The notes below the pieces were generated by a model, which was given only the letters and a program-made list of their open reading frames with translations, searched no databases and was not told the DNA's origin. A stretch of DNA of 64,000 nt, from positions 1 to 64,000 of IMG/VR virus record IMGVR_UViG_3300032245_000936; one strand, given 5' to 3'. This document shows, in pieces, positions 36,129 through 45,627 of the stretch. Positions within the stretch are counted from its first letter, which is position 1. The number at the start of each line of letters is the position of its first letter. This stretch comes from a virus. The position numbers and the translations under genes were made by a program.

Positions 36129-36839
36129 TTAGAATTTGTACTGGTATTGTTCAATCATGCGATTAGCTGATGTAGCTACCCATTGTTGCATTTCATGTGT
36201 ATAAAAAGTTCTGTAGTCAACCAAGCGACCTGTGTTCACTGGTGCTAGTGCATCAATTTTATTTGCTACTGTGTCTGTTAGATCGCCAACTGATTGTAGC
36301 ATACATTTGAGGTCATATGCTAGTGTTTCGGTCTTGCCCACTTGATGTGCTTTTGCAGTATAGACATCAACCGCAAGTTGAAACATTCCTTCAGCTGATT
36401 CTTGCCACATATTAAATAACTCATATGTATGATTGCCAGATATTTGTTCTGCAACCAAAGATTGTTTATTTGCAAACTTTAGTTTCATCATCATTTCTAA
36501 CTTGTCTACCACAAGCATTTTCTTTTTAAACTCAGTGGTAGGATGAGTAATATTAAAAAGGAATTCTTCAAACGAAGGTTCACGTGTTGAAAATGCTCCT
36601 AATAAATGGCTTCCTTCACTTAGATAGTTGTATAGGCTAACATGCCATGCCCACGGATTGCGTACAAATACAAAAACTTTTCTGTCCAATAATTCAGTTG
36701 GAATAGACAAACGATGGTCAGCATCTGCAGACCCTGCTCGTGCAAGTTTTGCATTCTCGTCGGATTCGATCGCACGGCGTACCCATATTCCGCCAGTCTT
36801 GGGAATGTGTAGGAACACGGCGTTATTTGAAACTATCAT
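36129..36839 (-). CDS. Sulfotransferase-family protein
   Basis: FLHIPKTGG (5'-PSB), FVRNPW...S (3'-PB). Confidence 0.8.
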   Translation of the reverse strand: MIVSNNAVFLHIPKTGGIWVRRAIESDENAKLARAGSADADHRLSIPTELLDRKVFVFVRNPWAWHVSLYNYLSEGSHLLGAFSTREPSFEEFLFNITHPTTEFKKKMLVVDKLEMMMKLKFANKQSLVAEQISGNHTYELFNMWQESAEGMFQLAVDVYTAKAHQVGKTETLAYDLKCMLQSVGDLTDTVANKIDALAPVNTGRLVDYRTFYTHEMQQWVATSANRMIEQYQYKF

Positions 36840-36847
36840 AATGCAAT

Positions 36848-36863
36848 TATTTATAGGTAAATA
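36848..36863. promoter_or_regulatory. Back-to-back late promoters
   Basis: TATAAATA on - strand (36848-55), TAAATA on + strand (36858-63). Confidence 0.7.
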
Positions 36864-36868
36864 TCAGC

Positions 36869-37450
36869 ATGAAGCCGGTTTTAATGATACATGAAATTCG
36901 GGAAGAGATGTTTGATCTTCCACTGGAAGATTACATTCTAACCTTCGATGACGGTCTATACAGTCAGTACTATTATTACCCACGGTTTCGTGACATAAAC
37001 ACTGAAAAAATCTACTTTATCTCCTCAAATATTGTATGTTCAGGCCCTCAAAGCACAGAGTTTCCTACGTGTAGGGTAGCACATACAAAAGCGCGACAAG
37101 GCGTATTTGAAGACTACATGACCCTGGCACAGATCAAAGAGCTTGCAAAAGATCCATTGGTAACCATTGGAGGCCACGGACACAATCATGTGGATCTATC
37201 TGAAACAGATAAACTAATTGATCGAGTAAAAATTGTCAGCAATGATCTACGCAGTATGATGGCTTGGTTTGCGTTTCATCTAGGACGAATTCCTGATTCA
37301 TTTTGCTATCCATATAACAACGATCTACAAGGAATGTATAGGGCACTTTTGATTAGAAACGGATTTTCTAAATTCTATGGTAGCGAACGAGTGGCAATTG
37401 AAAGTTTGTTGCCATTGCATTCACCATCACCAAGTACCACGGTCATGTGA
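36869..37450 (+). CDS. Polysaccharide deacetylase (NodB-like)
   Basis: LTFDDG, GGHGHNH, FCYPY. Confidence 0.85.
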   Translation: MKPVLMIHEIREEMFDLPLEDYILTFDDGLYSQYYYYPRFRDINTEKIYFISSNIVCSGPQSTEFPTCRVAHTKARQGVFEDYMTLAQIKELAKDPLVTIGGHGHNHVDLSETDKLIDRVKIVSNDLRSMMAWFAFHLGRIPDSFCYPYNNDLQGMYRALLIRNGFSKFYGSERVAIESLLPLHSPSPSTTVM

Positions 37451-38080
37451 ATACACTAATTGAAATGCTTCTGCAAACACGCAACCTATTTGAGCTCCAC
37501 GGCGCATGGCCTGTGCTTCCATGCTTATCACAGATCTAGCGTCTGGAAATTCATACGTTTCTGTATGGTACATGGACAACACCTGTTTCTTTACTGCAAT
37601 GTATTCACTTACATCAATGAATGTGTTGGGATTGAACTGCGGAGATATTGTACCAAAACTCCAGTCTGGGCCAATCTCACACATGAACAACGAATTAACA
37701 TTACAGTCTGGTTTGGGTCTAGCCGCTACCAAACACGCCTCGGCTGCGGTTCTATGATCTTTGTGCAGGTCTGACATACAGTGAGTGTACACTATGTCAA
37801 TATCAAACTCTTTTATTTTAGATTCAATCTCAGACACTGCATAATGATAGTCTAGATGCACATCGTTGCCTGTACCAAGCATACCAGTGGCGCCAAGTAG
37901 ATTGCACACATTAAAAAACGCTTCTTGGCGATCGTTCATCACATGTTCTGCGCCAGGACGATTGCCGCGGCATAGACTTAGAATCCAAACATTGTGTCCT
38001 AGGTCCACAAGTTTTTTAATTGTGCCAGCTGGGCCGTAGGCTTCATCGTCGGGGTGTGCAAAAGCAAACAGTATGTTCAT
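37427..38080 (-). CDS. PIG-L/LmbE family de-N-acetylase
   Basis: AHPDDE, DLHKDH, AEAF. Confidence 0.9.
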   Translation of the reverse strand: MNILFAFAHPDDEAYGPAGTIKKLVDLGHNVWILSLCRGNRPGAEHVMNDRQEAFFNVCNLLGATGMLGTGNDVHLDYHYAVSEIESKIKEFDIDIVYTHCMSDLHKDHRTAAEACLVAARPKPDCNVNSLFMCEIGPDWSFGTISPQFNPNTFIDVSEYIAVKKQVLSMYHTETYEFPDARSVISMEAQAMRRGAQIGCVFAEAFQLVYSHDRGTW

Positions 38081-38961
38081 AGCAGGTCCTGAATAATATT
38101 GTCAAGACCATATTGATTTACATAGCCAGTGAATCGTTGATTCTTGCTGAGATCTGGCACTCTGTGATTGATATCTTCAAAGGGTATGTCAACATAACGA
38201 ATCCTAGAACTTGACCCACTTAGTGTTATCACACGCTCTGCTAGTTCACTTATGGTTACTGGTTCATTGTTACCAATGTTGAAAATTTCATTGTTTGCTT
38301 GTTCAACTAACAATAGCTGTTCTACTGCATCATGCACATGACAGAAGCTACGTATTTGTTTGCCACCATACACCACAAGATCTTGTCCTTGCTTTGCTGC
38401 CTGTACAAAACGTGGCAATACCATGCCATAGTCAGGCAGTTGTCCTGGGCCAACTACATTAAAGAATCTCACTATCACATAAGGAAAGTCGCCGGTTGTG
38501 ATCATGAATTCTGTTGTTAGCTTGGCACTGGCATAGCTCCAGCGTAGCTCTTTGGGGTTGCCAATGTTCAATGCACTGTGTTCAACAAATGGCCCTTCAC
38601 CGTACACTTCACTGGTACTGCTGAACACTACTTTTTTCTTGTGCTTGTTAAACACTGGCCCAAGATGTTGCATGAGCTGTACATTGTTCATTAGTGTTTG
38701 ATGCGGGTGATCCATGACATTTTGTACTCCTACACTACCAGCCAGGTAGTACACAACATCTGCGTTTTTAACATACAAATCTAGATCTATATTTTGTATA
38801 TTGTCTTGAACAAAAAGTTTAATGTTATTGAGTTTGCTCGGAGGAGACGAAGTTGTGCATGAATCAATTATTGTGACTTCATGAGCATCTAGACTCAAGC
38901 GTTGAGCCAGATGCTTGCCAATGAATCCAGCACCCCCAAGCAAAAGATATTTCATGGTCAT
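38077..38961 (-). CDS. NAD-dependent nucleotide-sugar epimerase/dehydratase
   Basis: GGAGFIG, SSTSEVYG, YASAK, RFFNVVGP. Confidence 0.9.
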   Translation of the reverse strand: MTMKYLLLGGAGFIGKHLAQRLSLDAHEVTIIDSCTTSSPPSKLNNIKLFVQDNIQNIDLDLYVKNADVVYYLAGSVGVQNVMDHPHQTLMNNVQLMQHLGPVFNKHKKKVVFSSTSEVYGEGPFVEHSALNIGNPKELRWSYASAKLTTEFMITTGDFPYVIVRFFNVVGPGQLPDYGMVLPRFVQAAKQGQDLVVYGGKQIRSFCHVHDAVEQLLLVEQANNEIFNIGNNEPVTISELAERVITLSGSSSRIRYVDIPFEDINHRVPDLSKNQRFTGYVNQYGLDNIIQDLL

Positions 38962-39776
38962 TCATTTGCTACGATCGGAACCAATGTGTTGCCCAGGCTT
39001 ACGATTGTATGGTTAAGTATATCAACAATTGGACTTTCCTGAGTCAGCTGGAAATAATAAACAGTGCCTGGTTCAGTTGGTTCTTGAAATAGGAATCCTC
39101 GACCACGAACTGCAATGCAATCATTAGGCGCCCAACGCAGTGGATCTGTCCAATAAACTTCCCCATTCTTTTCGTAGAAACAGTTGTGTTGTGTAGTGAA
39201 AGGAACTGTGTAGTCTGTCTTGAACATCTCAGCTAGTTTTTTTAGTATTGGTTTTGAAAAACCATAACGGCTGGTAATCAAATTTGTTCCTACATCTTCA
39301 AATTGATAAAAATGCGGAGTCTCAGCAACAAATTTTGGCATACCCATTGGAGCTCGATCAATCATAGCTCGTACATCAGCTAGTGATTCTATCAATGGAT
39401 AGTATCCATTGAACCCACGAATAATTTCTGCAACTCTATTATAGTGTCCGGTCATTTCACCACTTGCTATGTCTTCAGCGCGAATTTGTTTTCTATCGTT
39501 AATTTGTACTTCTAGATATGGTTTGTAATAATAGATATAGCCAGCCTGTGCAAAAAACTGATCCTGGGCGCCCCAGTAAAGTTCTGGGCTTACAAAACTG
39601 TTGAACTCTGCTTCAAAGGCCAGGATAGTATCATTACGTCTGCAACCAGCGGCACCATCGCCGCAGGCTCCATCGTGTGAGCACAAACGATATGGAGTGC
39701 CACGACTGGATTTTGAGGACGGACGAATTGCTGTGCCCAACTCAAGTTCTTCTTTTGTAAAAATAGTATCGCTCAT
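38958..39776 (-). CDS. Hypothetical protein, paralog of 41467-42144 (degenerate kinase-like?)
   Basis: APMGMPKFVAETPHFYQFE...GEVYWT. Confidence 0.6.
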   Translation of the reverse strand: MSDTIFTKEELELGTAIRPSSKSSRGTPYRLCSHDGACGDGAAGCRRNDTILAFEAEFNSFVSPELYWGAQDQFFAQAGYIYYYKPYLEVQINDRKQIRAEDIASGEMTGHYNRVAEIIRGFNGYYPLIESLADVRAMIDRAPMGMPKFVAETPHFYQFEDVGTNLITSRYGFSKPILKKLAEMFKTDYTVPFTTQHNCFYEKNGEVYWTDPLRWAPNDCIAVRGRGFLFQEPTEPGTVYYFQLTQESPIVDILNHTIVSLGNTLVPIVANE

Positions 39777-39784
39777 GATTATTC

Positions 39785-40423
39785 CTATAGGTTGTATATT
39801 ATAGCAGAATCTACTGGATAGTCAACACGCAGATGCTCAAACACTGCCATGCAGTTGGATTCATTGTCTAGATATAAGCTATTTATGTTGTTTTCTTTGT
39901 TGTAAAAGTACACAAAAAATGGCAAGGATTTGGCTTCAAAGTGTTTAAGGTCCACTAGTTTCAGTTGGTCTGCACGTACTAGATTATAGGTCATGCTATT
40001 GGTAAAAGGTGTGTGGCTTAGTTTATTGTGTTGTTCTTTGATCCAAAAAAATTCTTCCGCTGTGATATCTGTAGCTGGAGTGCCTTGTACATATTCGTAG
40101 ACCAAAAATTTATCATTGGATTCTATCAAGGGCGGAAATAGCTCACTGGTTGTGGTTTCTAAAAATTCAATTACATCAATTGGATTGATTTCTTTTACCA
40201 GTGGACAACAATCTGGTTCACGCTCATGCGAGTATGTGTCTGCGTTGGTGTACACAAATCTCAGTGCATCTTTGTGTACATATTTTTTTCCCCGGTGCTC
40301 AAAAAAGTAGAAGAAGTTTTTTCTGGTCCAAGGCAAATGCTCGATTCCAGATATTTCTTTAAAGTCTTTGCAAGCCCTGCGTATCCACTGGGCTTTGGAA
40401 TTAGTAATATATGTATTGGTCAT
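39785..40423 (-). CDS. Kinase-like fold protein
   Basis: YVHK, FPPLIESNDKFLVYEYVQG, NLV...LKLVD. Confidence 0.45.
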   Translation of the reverse strand: MTNTYITNSKAQWIRRACKDFKEISGIEHLPWTRKNFFYFFEHRGKKYVHKDALRFVYTNADTYSHEREPDCCPLVKEINPIDVIEFLETTTSELFPPLIESNDKFLVYEYVQGTPATDITAEEFFWIKEQHNKLSHTPFTNSMTYNLVRADQLKLVDLKHFEAKSLPFFVYFYNKENNINSLYLDNESNCMAVFEHLRVDYPVDSAIIYNL

Positions 40424-41474
40424 CTCTAACTAGATCCAGTGTGGAGCAGTGTATGCCACCCGCAAAGATTTCGCCATGTTCTAGAGTGACTTCAATAACA
40501 TCAAACCCATTTTTATCTAATATGTCTTTGACTCCGTGTGCGCGGTTAGTACACATAACAGTGTTTTCATCTAGACTGAGCACGTTCACATCCATGCCAC
40601 GCGAGCTTGCAAGTCTAATATCAATGTCAGTCATGCCAGTTACATCAATGTTTGCCGTTAGGTCTTGAGGATACAGATAAGTCCAGTTGCGGAACTTGGC
40701 AGGCAAGAGATCACGTATGTTTGGGTACAATGGGTTGACCAAAAACACGCCAGGTTTTAGGCATATTAAACAACCATCAATATGATTGTCTGCAACATGT
40801 AGCACATGAAAGTCTGTGTCTGGAAAAAAGCTCTTGACCCATTCATACCCCAAATACTGATTATAGCTGTTAATGTTTACAATGCAATCTCTGCCTATGC
40901 GTAGGAATTGTGCGCCATCCACTGCCATTACAAAATTATCTGGAATGTTGTTGTAGTCGCGAGTGTCGCCCCAATGTCCTAGATCAATGGTGCGTTCAGT
41001 TAGTTCAGTATGCGGTGCTTTAATCCACTGACCTCCACGACCTCTGTCCCATGCACTGCTGTACACATCGTGTAGCAGTGTGTTTTCATAATAACGATTG
41101 CGAACAAATGTAGGAGTTTCAATCAGCTTGTTACCGTATACCAGTGTTAGATCACGTACATTACTAGCACTGCTTAGTTCACTTTTGAAACTAGGTGTGT
41201 TAAAAGGAACAATCTTGTCTAGTACCGCAGGTCGATGCACCACAACACCACGTGACTCTAGTGTGCTAGCCAAATTGTCCAACTGTTGATTTCGTTGCTC
41301 AATCAACGCCATGCTAACTTGATAACTGTCAAATGGCGATTCATATATTCTTTCGTCTAGAGCTTCGCGGTAAAACTGTTTAAATGTAATGTCACTGATG
41401 CGTTTGGCCAGTTGTAGTTCGCGGCCCACAACAATTTCTTTTAGCTTGCCAAAACTCGTGTTACTGTTAATCAT
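40401..41474 (-). CDS. Amidinotransferase (glycine/inosamine-phosphate type)
   Basis: LKEIVVG, VRD, DGAQ, HIDG, GGIHCSTLDLVR. Confidence 0.88.
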   Translation of the reverse strand: MINSNTSFGKLKEIVVGRELQLAKRISDITFKQFYREALDERIYESPFDSYQVSMALIEQRNQQLDNLASTLESRGVVVHRPAVLDKIVPFNTPSFKSELSSASNVRDLTLVYGNKLIETPTFVRNRYYENTLLHDVYSSAWDRGRGGQWIKAPHTELTERTIDLGHWGDTRDYNNIPDNFVMAVDGAQFLRIGRDCIVNINSYNQYLGYEWVKSFFPDTDFHVLHVADNHIDGCLICLKPGVFLVNPLYPNIRDLLPAKFRNWTYLYPQDLTANIDVTGMTDIDIRLASSRGMDVNVLSLDENTVMCTNRAHGVKDILDKNGFDVIEVTLEHGEIFAGGIHCSTLDLVRDDQYIYY

Positions 41475-42144
41475 GTATTGTCAACGGCTTGTTGCCGTAC
41501 TCCCAGATACTCAACCATTGCACTTGTTTGCGATGCAGTTCGTCCAGTACCATGTGCGGGAAGAAATTTACATGCGTGTCAGTTTCATGTTCTATGAATA
41601 TACCCAGCTTGTAGTTCAATGGACGAGCTCTGTTGTAGTGTACCCAGCGATTCAGCAAAGTCCAATATACCTGGCCAGTTTCATCAATGTATAGACCTTT
41701 TGCCATGTTGTTGTAGTACGGACCAAAATCAAAATCAAAACTGTTTTCAATTTGACTCAGAAGTTCTACGGTGATATCACCTATGCCAATGGACCTGCGG
41801 GTTGGAAATTCAAAAACAAAAAAGTGTTTGGTCTCTTCGACAAACTTAGGCATGCCCTTGGGTGCGCCAGAGATCACTCTGCGTATCTGGGCCAGACTCT
41901 GTTGTCCACATGGACTACCTTGCCAACCTGGAATATCCACGGCCATAGCTTTTATCAATTCTTTACGTTCTGGCTTTTTCATTTCAGCCATGATCTCTTT
42001 GACATCACCTAATACACTTAGTTCTAGTGCAGGCTTATGATAGTAAATGTTGTCATTGTGCCAAAAGAAATAGTCTAACGCACCCCATTCAAGTTTGTCA
42101 GGCAAATCAATATCAAAATCTTGTTTAAAGTCTGTGTGGATCAT
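41467..42144 (-). CDS. Hypothetical protein, paralog of 38958-39776
   Basis: APKGMPKFVEETKHFFVFE...GQVYWT. Confidence 0.6.
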   Translation of the reverse strand: MIHTDFKQDFDIDLPDKLEWGALDYFFWHNDNIYYHKPALELSVLGDVKEIMAEMKKPERKELIKAMAVDIPGWQGSPCGQQSLAQIRRVISGAPKGMPKFVEETKHFFVFEFPTRRSIGIGDITVELLSQIENSFDFDFGPYYNNMAKGLYIDETGQVYWTLLNRWVHYNRARPLNYKLGIFIEHETDTHVNFFPHMVLDELHRKQVQWLSIWEYGNKPLTIHD

Positions 42145-42896
42145 TTTTTAATCAATCTAATAACCCAGCTCGGAGGATCAAATTCCCACCACTTTTCGCC
42201 CTGACACCACTGGTATGGTTTAGCATGATGATTGTTATGCCAACCCTCACCTAGCGATAGCAGATGTGTGATCCAACTGTTACGAGCTTGATCGTGTTTG
42301 AGTTCATATGTCTTGTATCCATGATAGTGTGCAATCACAATCACAGCACTAGTAGTAAACAGACTCAAACAAGCAGGAATAGCAAACACAAACACAACCA
42401 ACAATGGATTGATCAGTGCCAGTATCAACACATAGATTGCAATAATTTCAATGTAATAATTGTGCAAGAATTTTTGAAACTTGCTACGGCGCATGTCGCG
42501 AACCAACTTGAGATCTAGTATAGCATAGTTCCAAAACCCCACCCAGGCATTGAACTTGCCCAGCACATAAGGGCTATGCGGATCTCGATTGGTTTCTGCC
42601 GCACGATGGTGCTGTCTGTGTACTGCGGTCCAGGCCATTGGGCTACCAATAATGGTCAGCACTCCCAGCACCGACAATAGATATTCAATGGGTTTGTGTG
42701 TTTCAAAACTACGATGGCTCAGCAGTCTATGGTAGCCAATATTAACACCCAGCATACACACAAACACATAGGTAAAAAAACTAACTGTTAGCCAGTGATA
42801 TTGTTCAGTGGCAAAAACATAATAAAGTCCAAATAATAAAACTAGGTGGTTGACAACTTGCAACCCTCTTACAAATTGGTTGTGTGTGATGCTCAT
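42141..42896 (-). CDS. Fatty acid desaturase
   Basis: HRLLSH, HRQHH, DPHSP, GEGWHNNHH. Confidence 0.92.
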   Translation of the reverse strand: MSITHNQFVRGLQVVNHLVLLFGLYYVFATEQYHWLTVSFFTYVFVCMLGVNIGYHRLLSHRSFETHKPIEYLLSVLGVLTIIGSPMAWTAVHRQHHRAAETNRDPHSPYVLGKFNAWVGFWNYAILDLKLVRDMRRSKFQKFLHNYYIEIIAIYVLILALINPLLVVFVFAIPACLSLFTTSAVIVIAHYHGYKTYELKHDQARNSWITHLLSLGEGWHNNHHAKPYQWCQGEKWWEFDPPSWVIRLIKK

Positions 42897-42924
42897 AATG
42901 GGAGTCCTGTTAAAAGTACATACA

Positions 42925-42945
42925 TATTTATTGCCTAGTTAAATA
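42925..42945. promoter_or_regulatory. Back-to-back late promoters
   Basis: TAAATA on - strand (42925-30) and on + strand (42940-45). Confidence 0.6.
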
Positions 42946-42949
42946 CAAA

Positions 42950-43657
42950 ATGAAATATTCAAAAACTTTGATTTCCTGGATGTTTTACCTGTTCCTGTTG
43001 ACCGTTCCACTGTGGGCAATTGGTGCCAGCTGGACTCAATTTGTCGCATGTTATCTCATGTTCTATTTGTTGTTAAATGGCATTCAGAGTTTGTTTTTGC
43101 ATCGCTGGGCCGCACACGGATCCTGGAATCCACCTGTATGGCTGCAGAACATCTTGGCTACCATTGGTGTGGCTGCATTACTAGGCACACCTATTTCATG
43201 GGCCGCATGGCATAGAACACACCATGCACACAACGACACAGAAAAAGATCCTCATAGTCCTGCCCACAAAAGTTGGTTTTACATTGTGTTTAGGCATCAC
43301 TATCACAGTGCAGAACTCAGACGAGGTATTGATCGTGCGGCTAACAAATATTTCAGATGGCTAGGCAAACACGAAATTGATATTGCTATTGGTGTGTCTT
43401 TAGTACTGTTGGTGCTACTAGGGCCAGTCTGGTTTGCAACACTCTGGGCTGTGCCTGTGGCACTTACTACATTTTGCACTAACTTAGGTGTGAATGTTCT
43501 ATGCCATACGCATGGCAAAGTTAAGAATTATCCACTGCTGTGGCCTGTGGTGTTTGACGAGTGTATGCACAAAGATCATCACGACAATCCTTCGTTGGTA
43601 AACACACCTGTTGATATTATGGCCAAAAGTGTTGTTGCACTAGGTTTGGGCAAATAA
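42950..43657 (+). CDS. Divergent fatty acid desaturase-like protein
   Basis: HRWAAH, HRTHH, DPHSP, HKDHH. Confidence 0.85.
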   Translation: MKYSKTLISWMFYLFLLTVPLWAIGASWTQFVACYLMFYLLLNGIQSLFLHRWAAHGSWNPPVWLQNILATIGVAALLGTPISWAAWHRTHHAHNDTEKDPHSPAHKSWFYIVFRHHYHSAELRRGIDRAANKYFRWLGKHEIDIAIGVSLVLLVLLGPVWFATLWAVPVALTTFCTNLGVNVLCHTHGKVKNYPLLWPVVFDECMHKDHHDNPSLVNTPVDIMAKSVVALGLGK

Positions 43658-43665
43658 ATATTATC

Positions 43666-44196
43666 ATGAGCCAACAACAATTCATTGACAATCTAGTAAA
43701 CAATGTAGACCAGCTGATTGAGGAATATCAGCACAACAAAGCGCAGGGTAGGAAAACATTTGCACTACCCGACTGGAGTCCAGAAAGTGTACCTGTACAA
43801 GAATGGCAGGCTGTTGCGCTCTGGTGGAAATACAAGCCCTGGGCTGTTTATCAAAAGTGGTATCCGTTTACCACTTCATTGGTCAAAGATGGTCCCACAC
43901 ACCGTGCAACAGGTCACTTGATTCTTAAACCGCAGTCCAAGACTCCTAAGCACCGGCACCTAGACTGGGGCAACAAGATTATCCTACACATTCCACTGAT
44001 CATTCCCAAAGGTGATGTTGGATTCTGGATTGATGGTAAAATACATCGATGGAAAGTAGGCGAAGCCTTCGCCTTTGACATTACCAAGGAACACTATGGT
44101 TTCAACAACACTGATCAAGAACGTGTGTTGTTGGTTATGGAATTTGATGCAGAGCTATGGGGCGATACTCTTAGGCAGTACCAGACTCTAGATTGA
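43666..44196 (+). CDS. Asp/Asn beta-hydroxylase-like 2OG-Fe(II) oxygenase
   Basis: L.P.S....H, ILHIPL, WKVGEAFAFD...H...N...ERVLL. Confidence 0.75.
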   Translation: MSQQQFIDNLVNNVDQLIEEYQHNKAQGRKTFALPDWSPESVPVQEWQAVALWWKYKPWAVYQKWYPFTTSLVKDGPTHRATGHLILKPQSKTPKHRHLDWGNKIILHIPLIIPKGDVGFWIDGKIHRWKVGEAFAFDITKEHYGFNNTDQERVLLVMEFDAELWGDTLRQYQTLD

Positions 44197-45016
44197 TTTT
44201 TCGCATACGATTAAAGTATTCAACTTTTTCACGTATTTTGTTGTACTTAGGGTCGCTGATCAAGTGCTCGTGCCAGAAGTAAACATTCTTTAATTCATCA
44301 TCAGTAAACTTGGCAACAGGCGTGTACCATTCACCAATTTGATATTTTTGTACAGGGCGAATAGCACCAGTATCCTCGTGGTAGATTTTGTCTACAATAT
44401 ATTCTTCTAGATAGTATTCGCCTGTTTGCGCTCGCACAGCCAACCAATCTGGATCATGTGCTCCGTTTAGAATCTCTGCAACACCTTTCCACCAGCGTTG
44501 ATAAAATCCACTGTCTTTGCGGGTGATCATGAATCCTGTGTCAAACGGATTGTCCCAACCAGGTTCCAGTGTGCGTTGTTGTTTTGTACAGTAATCATCA
44601 TATTGACCGCAAACTGTTTGTCCACAGTTTACCAACGCCTCGGGCAATGGCTGAATAAGATTCATGTCTAGATCAATCTTAATAAGAACATCAACATCCA
44701 ATCGTTGTTCAAACAACATGCCCACGTAGGGAATGTTTAAAAAACCACTGGTAAAAGTTTCAGTGACAGGATGATATTCTTCAATGTATTCTACATTTAT
44801 TGCTTTGAGTTGATCAATGGTATCTTGACTAATAGTGTTGTGTGTTGGGCACAGAACATATATTGGAATGTCTTTTAACCATCCACCATTTTTGCGCCAG
44901 GCCTCAAAACACAAAATAGCTTCGTCTTCGAACTTTCTTTCAAACTGTACAATGTTCAATTGATTATTCAAGTTCCTGTTGTTGCCTTCAATGGCTGCTA
45001 CCAGTGCATACTTCAT
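44171..45016 (-). CDS. GT-A fold glycosyltransferase-like protein
   Basis: IKIDLDM (DxD), FDTGFMI. Confidence 0.55.
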   Translation of the reverse strand: MKYALVAAIEGNNRNLNNQLNIVQFERKFEDEAILCFEAWRKNGGWLKDIPIYVLCPTHNTISQDTIDQLKAINVEYIEEYHPVTETFTSGFLNIPYVGMLFEQRLDVDVLIKIDLDMNLIQPLPEALVNCGQTVCGQYDDYCTKQQRTLEPGWDNPFDTGFMITRKDSGFYQRWWKGVAEILNGAHDPDWLAVRAQTGEYYLEEYIVDKIYHEDTGAIRPVQKYQIGEWYTPVAKFTDDELKNVYFWHEHLISDPKYNKIREKVEYFNRMRKINLESGTA

Positions 45017-45627
45017 ATAGAGTACTCCTTGAGACAAGGAATATCTCTGGCATCAGGGTATGCTTGCCATGCCCCAATCTTGTAGTCCTGCGTTAGCTGA
45101 TTCAACAGTAATATACCTTTGGCTGCTTCGTCGGGGCTCATGTTCATATGATATCCTAGAGTGATATGCTCCATCTCACTGGCAACTCCTAGCGAGCTAT
45201 CTCTACCATCATGTCGCATACGCTTTAGTGCTTGGTACATTGTATGATCGTCAAGCAGTATTGCTCCACCTTTACCAATTGGCAAACTTTTCTTCTGCTG
45301 GAAACTCAAGCACTGAACTTCGCCAGCACGATACATATTGGGTCTAAACCCCACAGCGTAGTCATACACGTTGGTATTGCCAATTTGATAACTGCCAACC
45401 CATTCTTTATATTCTAACCACACATTGTAGCCATAGTTAATCAGTGTCATGGGAACACTGATGTATGTGTGTGCAGGCAATACTATTTTGGCTTTGCGTT
45501 TCTTTTGATATTCCAATGCCAACAGTATTGCATTGGTACAGCGATCCACTGCCACAGCATAAGGAGCCCCTGTGTACTCGCATAAACGTTGTTCAAATAG
45601 TTCAATAAAATCGTTGTTGTTTTTCAT
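45013..45627 (-). CDS. Short DegT/DnrJ/StrS PLP aminotransferase
   Basis: AVAVDRCTNA, SFQQKKSLPIGKGGA, HDGR, GYHMNM. Confidence 0.85.
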   Translation of the reverse strand: MKNNNDFIELFEQRLCEYTGAPYAVAVDRCTNAILLALEYQKKRKAKIVLPAHTYISVPMTLINYGYNVWLEYKEWVGSYQIGNTNVYDYAVGFRPNMYRAGEVQCLSFQQKKSLPIGKGGAILLDDHTMYQALKRMRHDGRDSSLGVASEMEHITLGYHMNMSPDEAAKGILLLNQLTQDYKIGAWQAYPDARDIPCLKEYSI

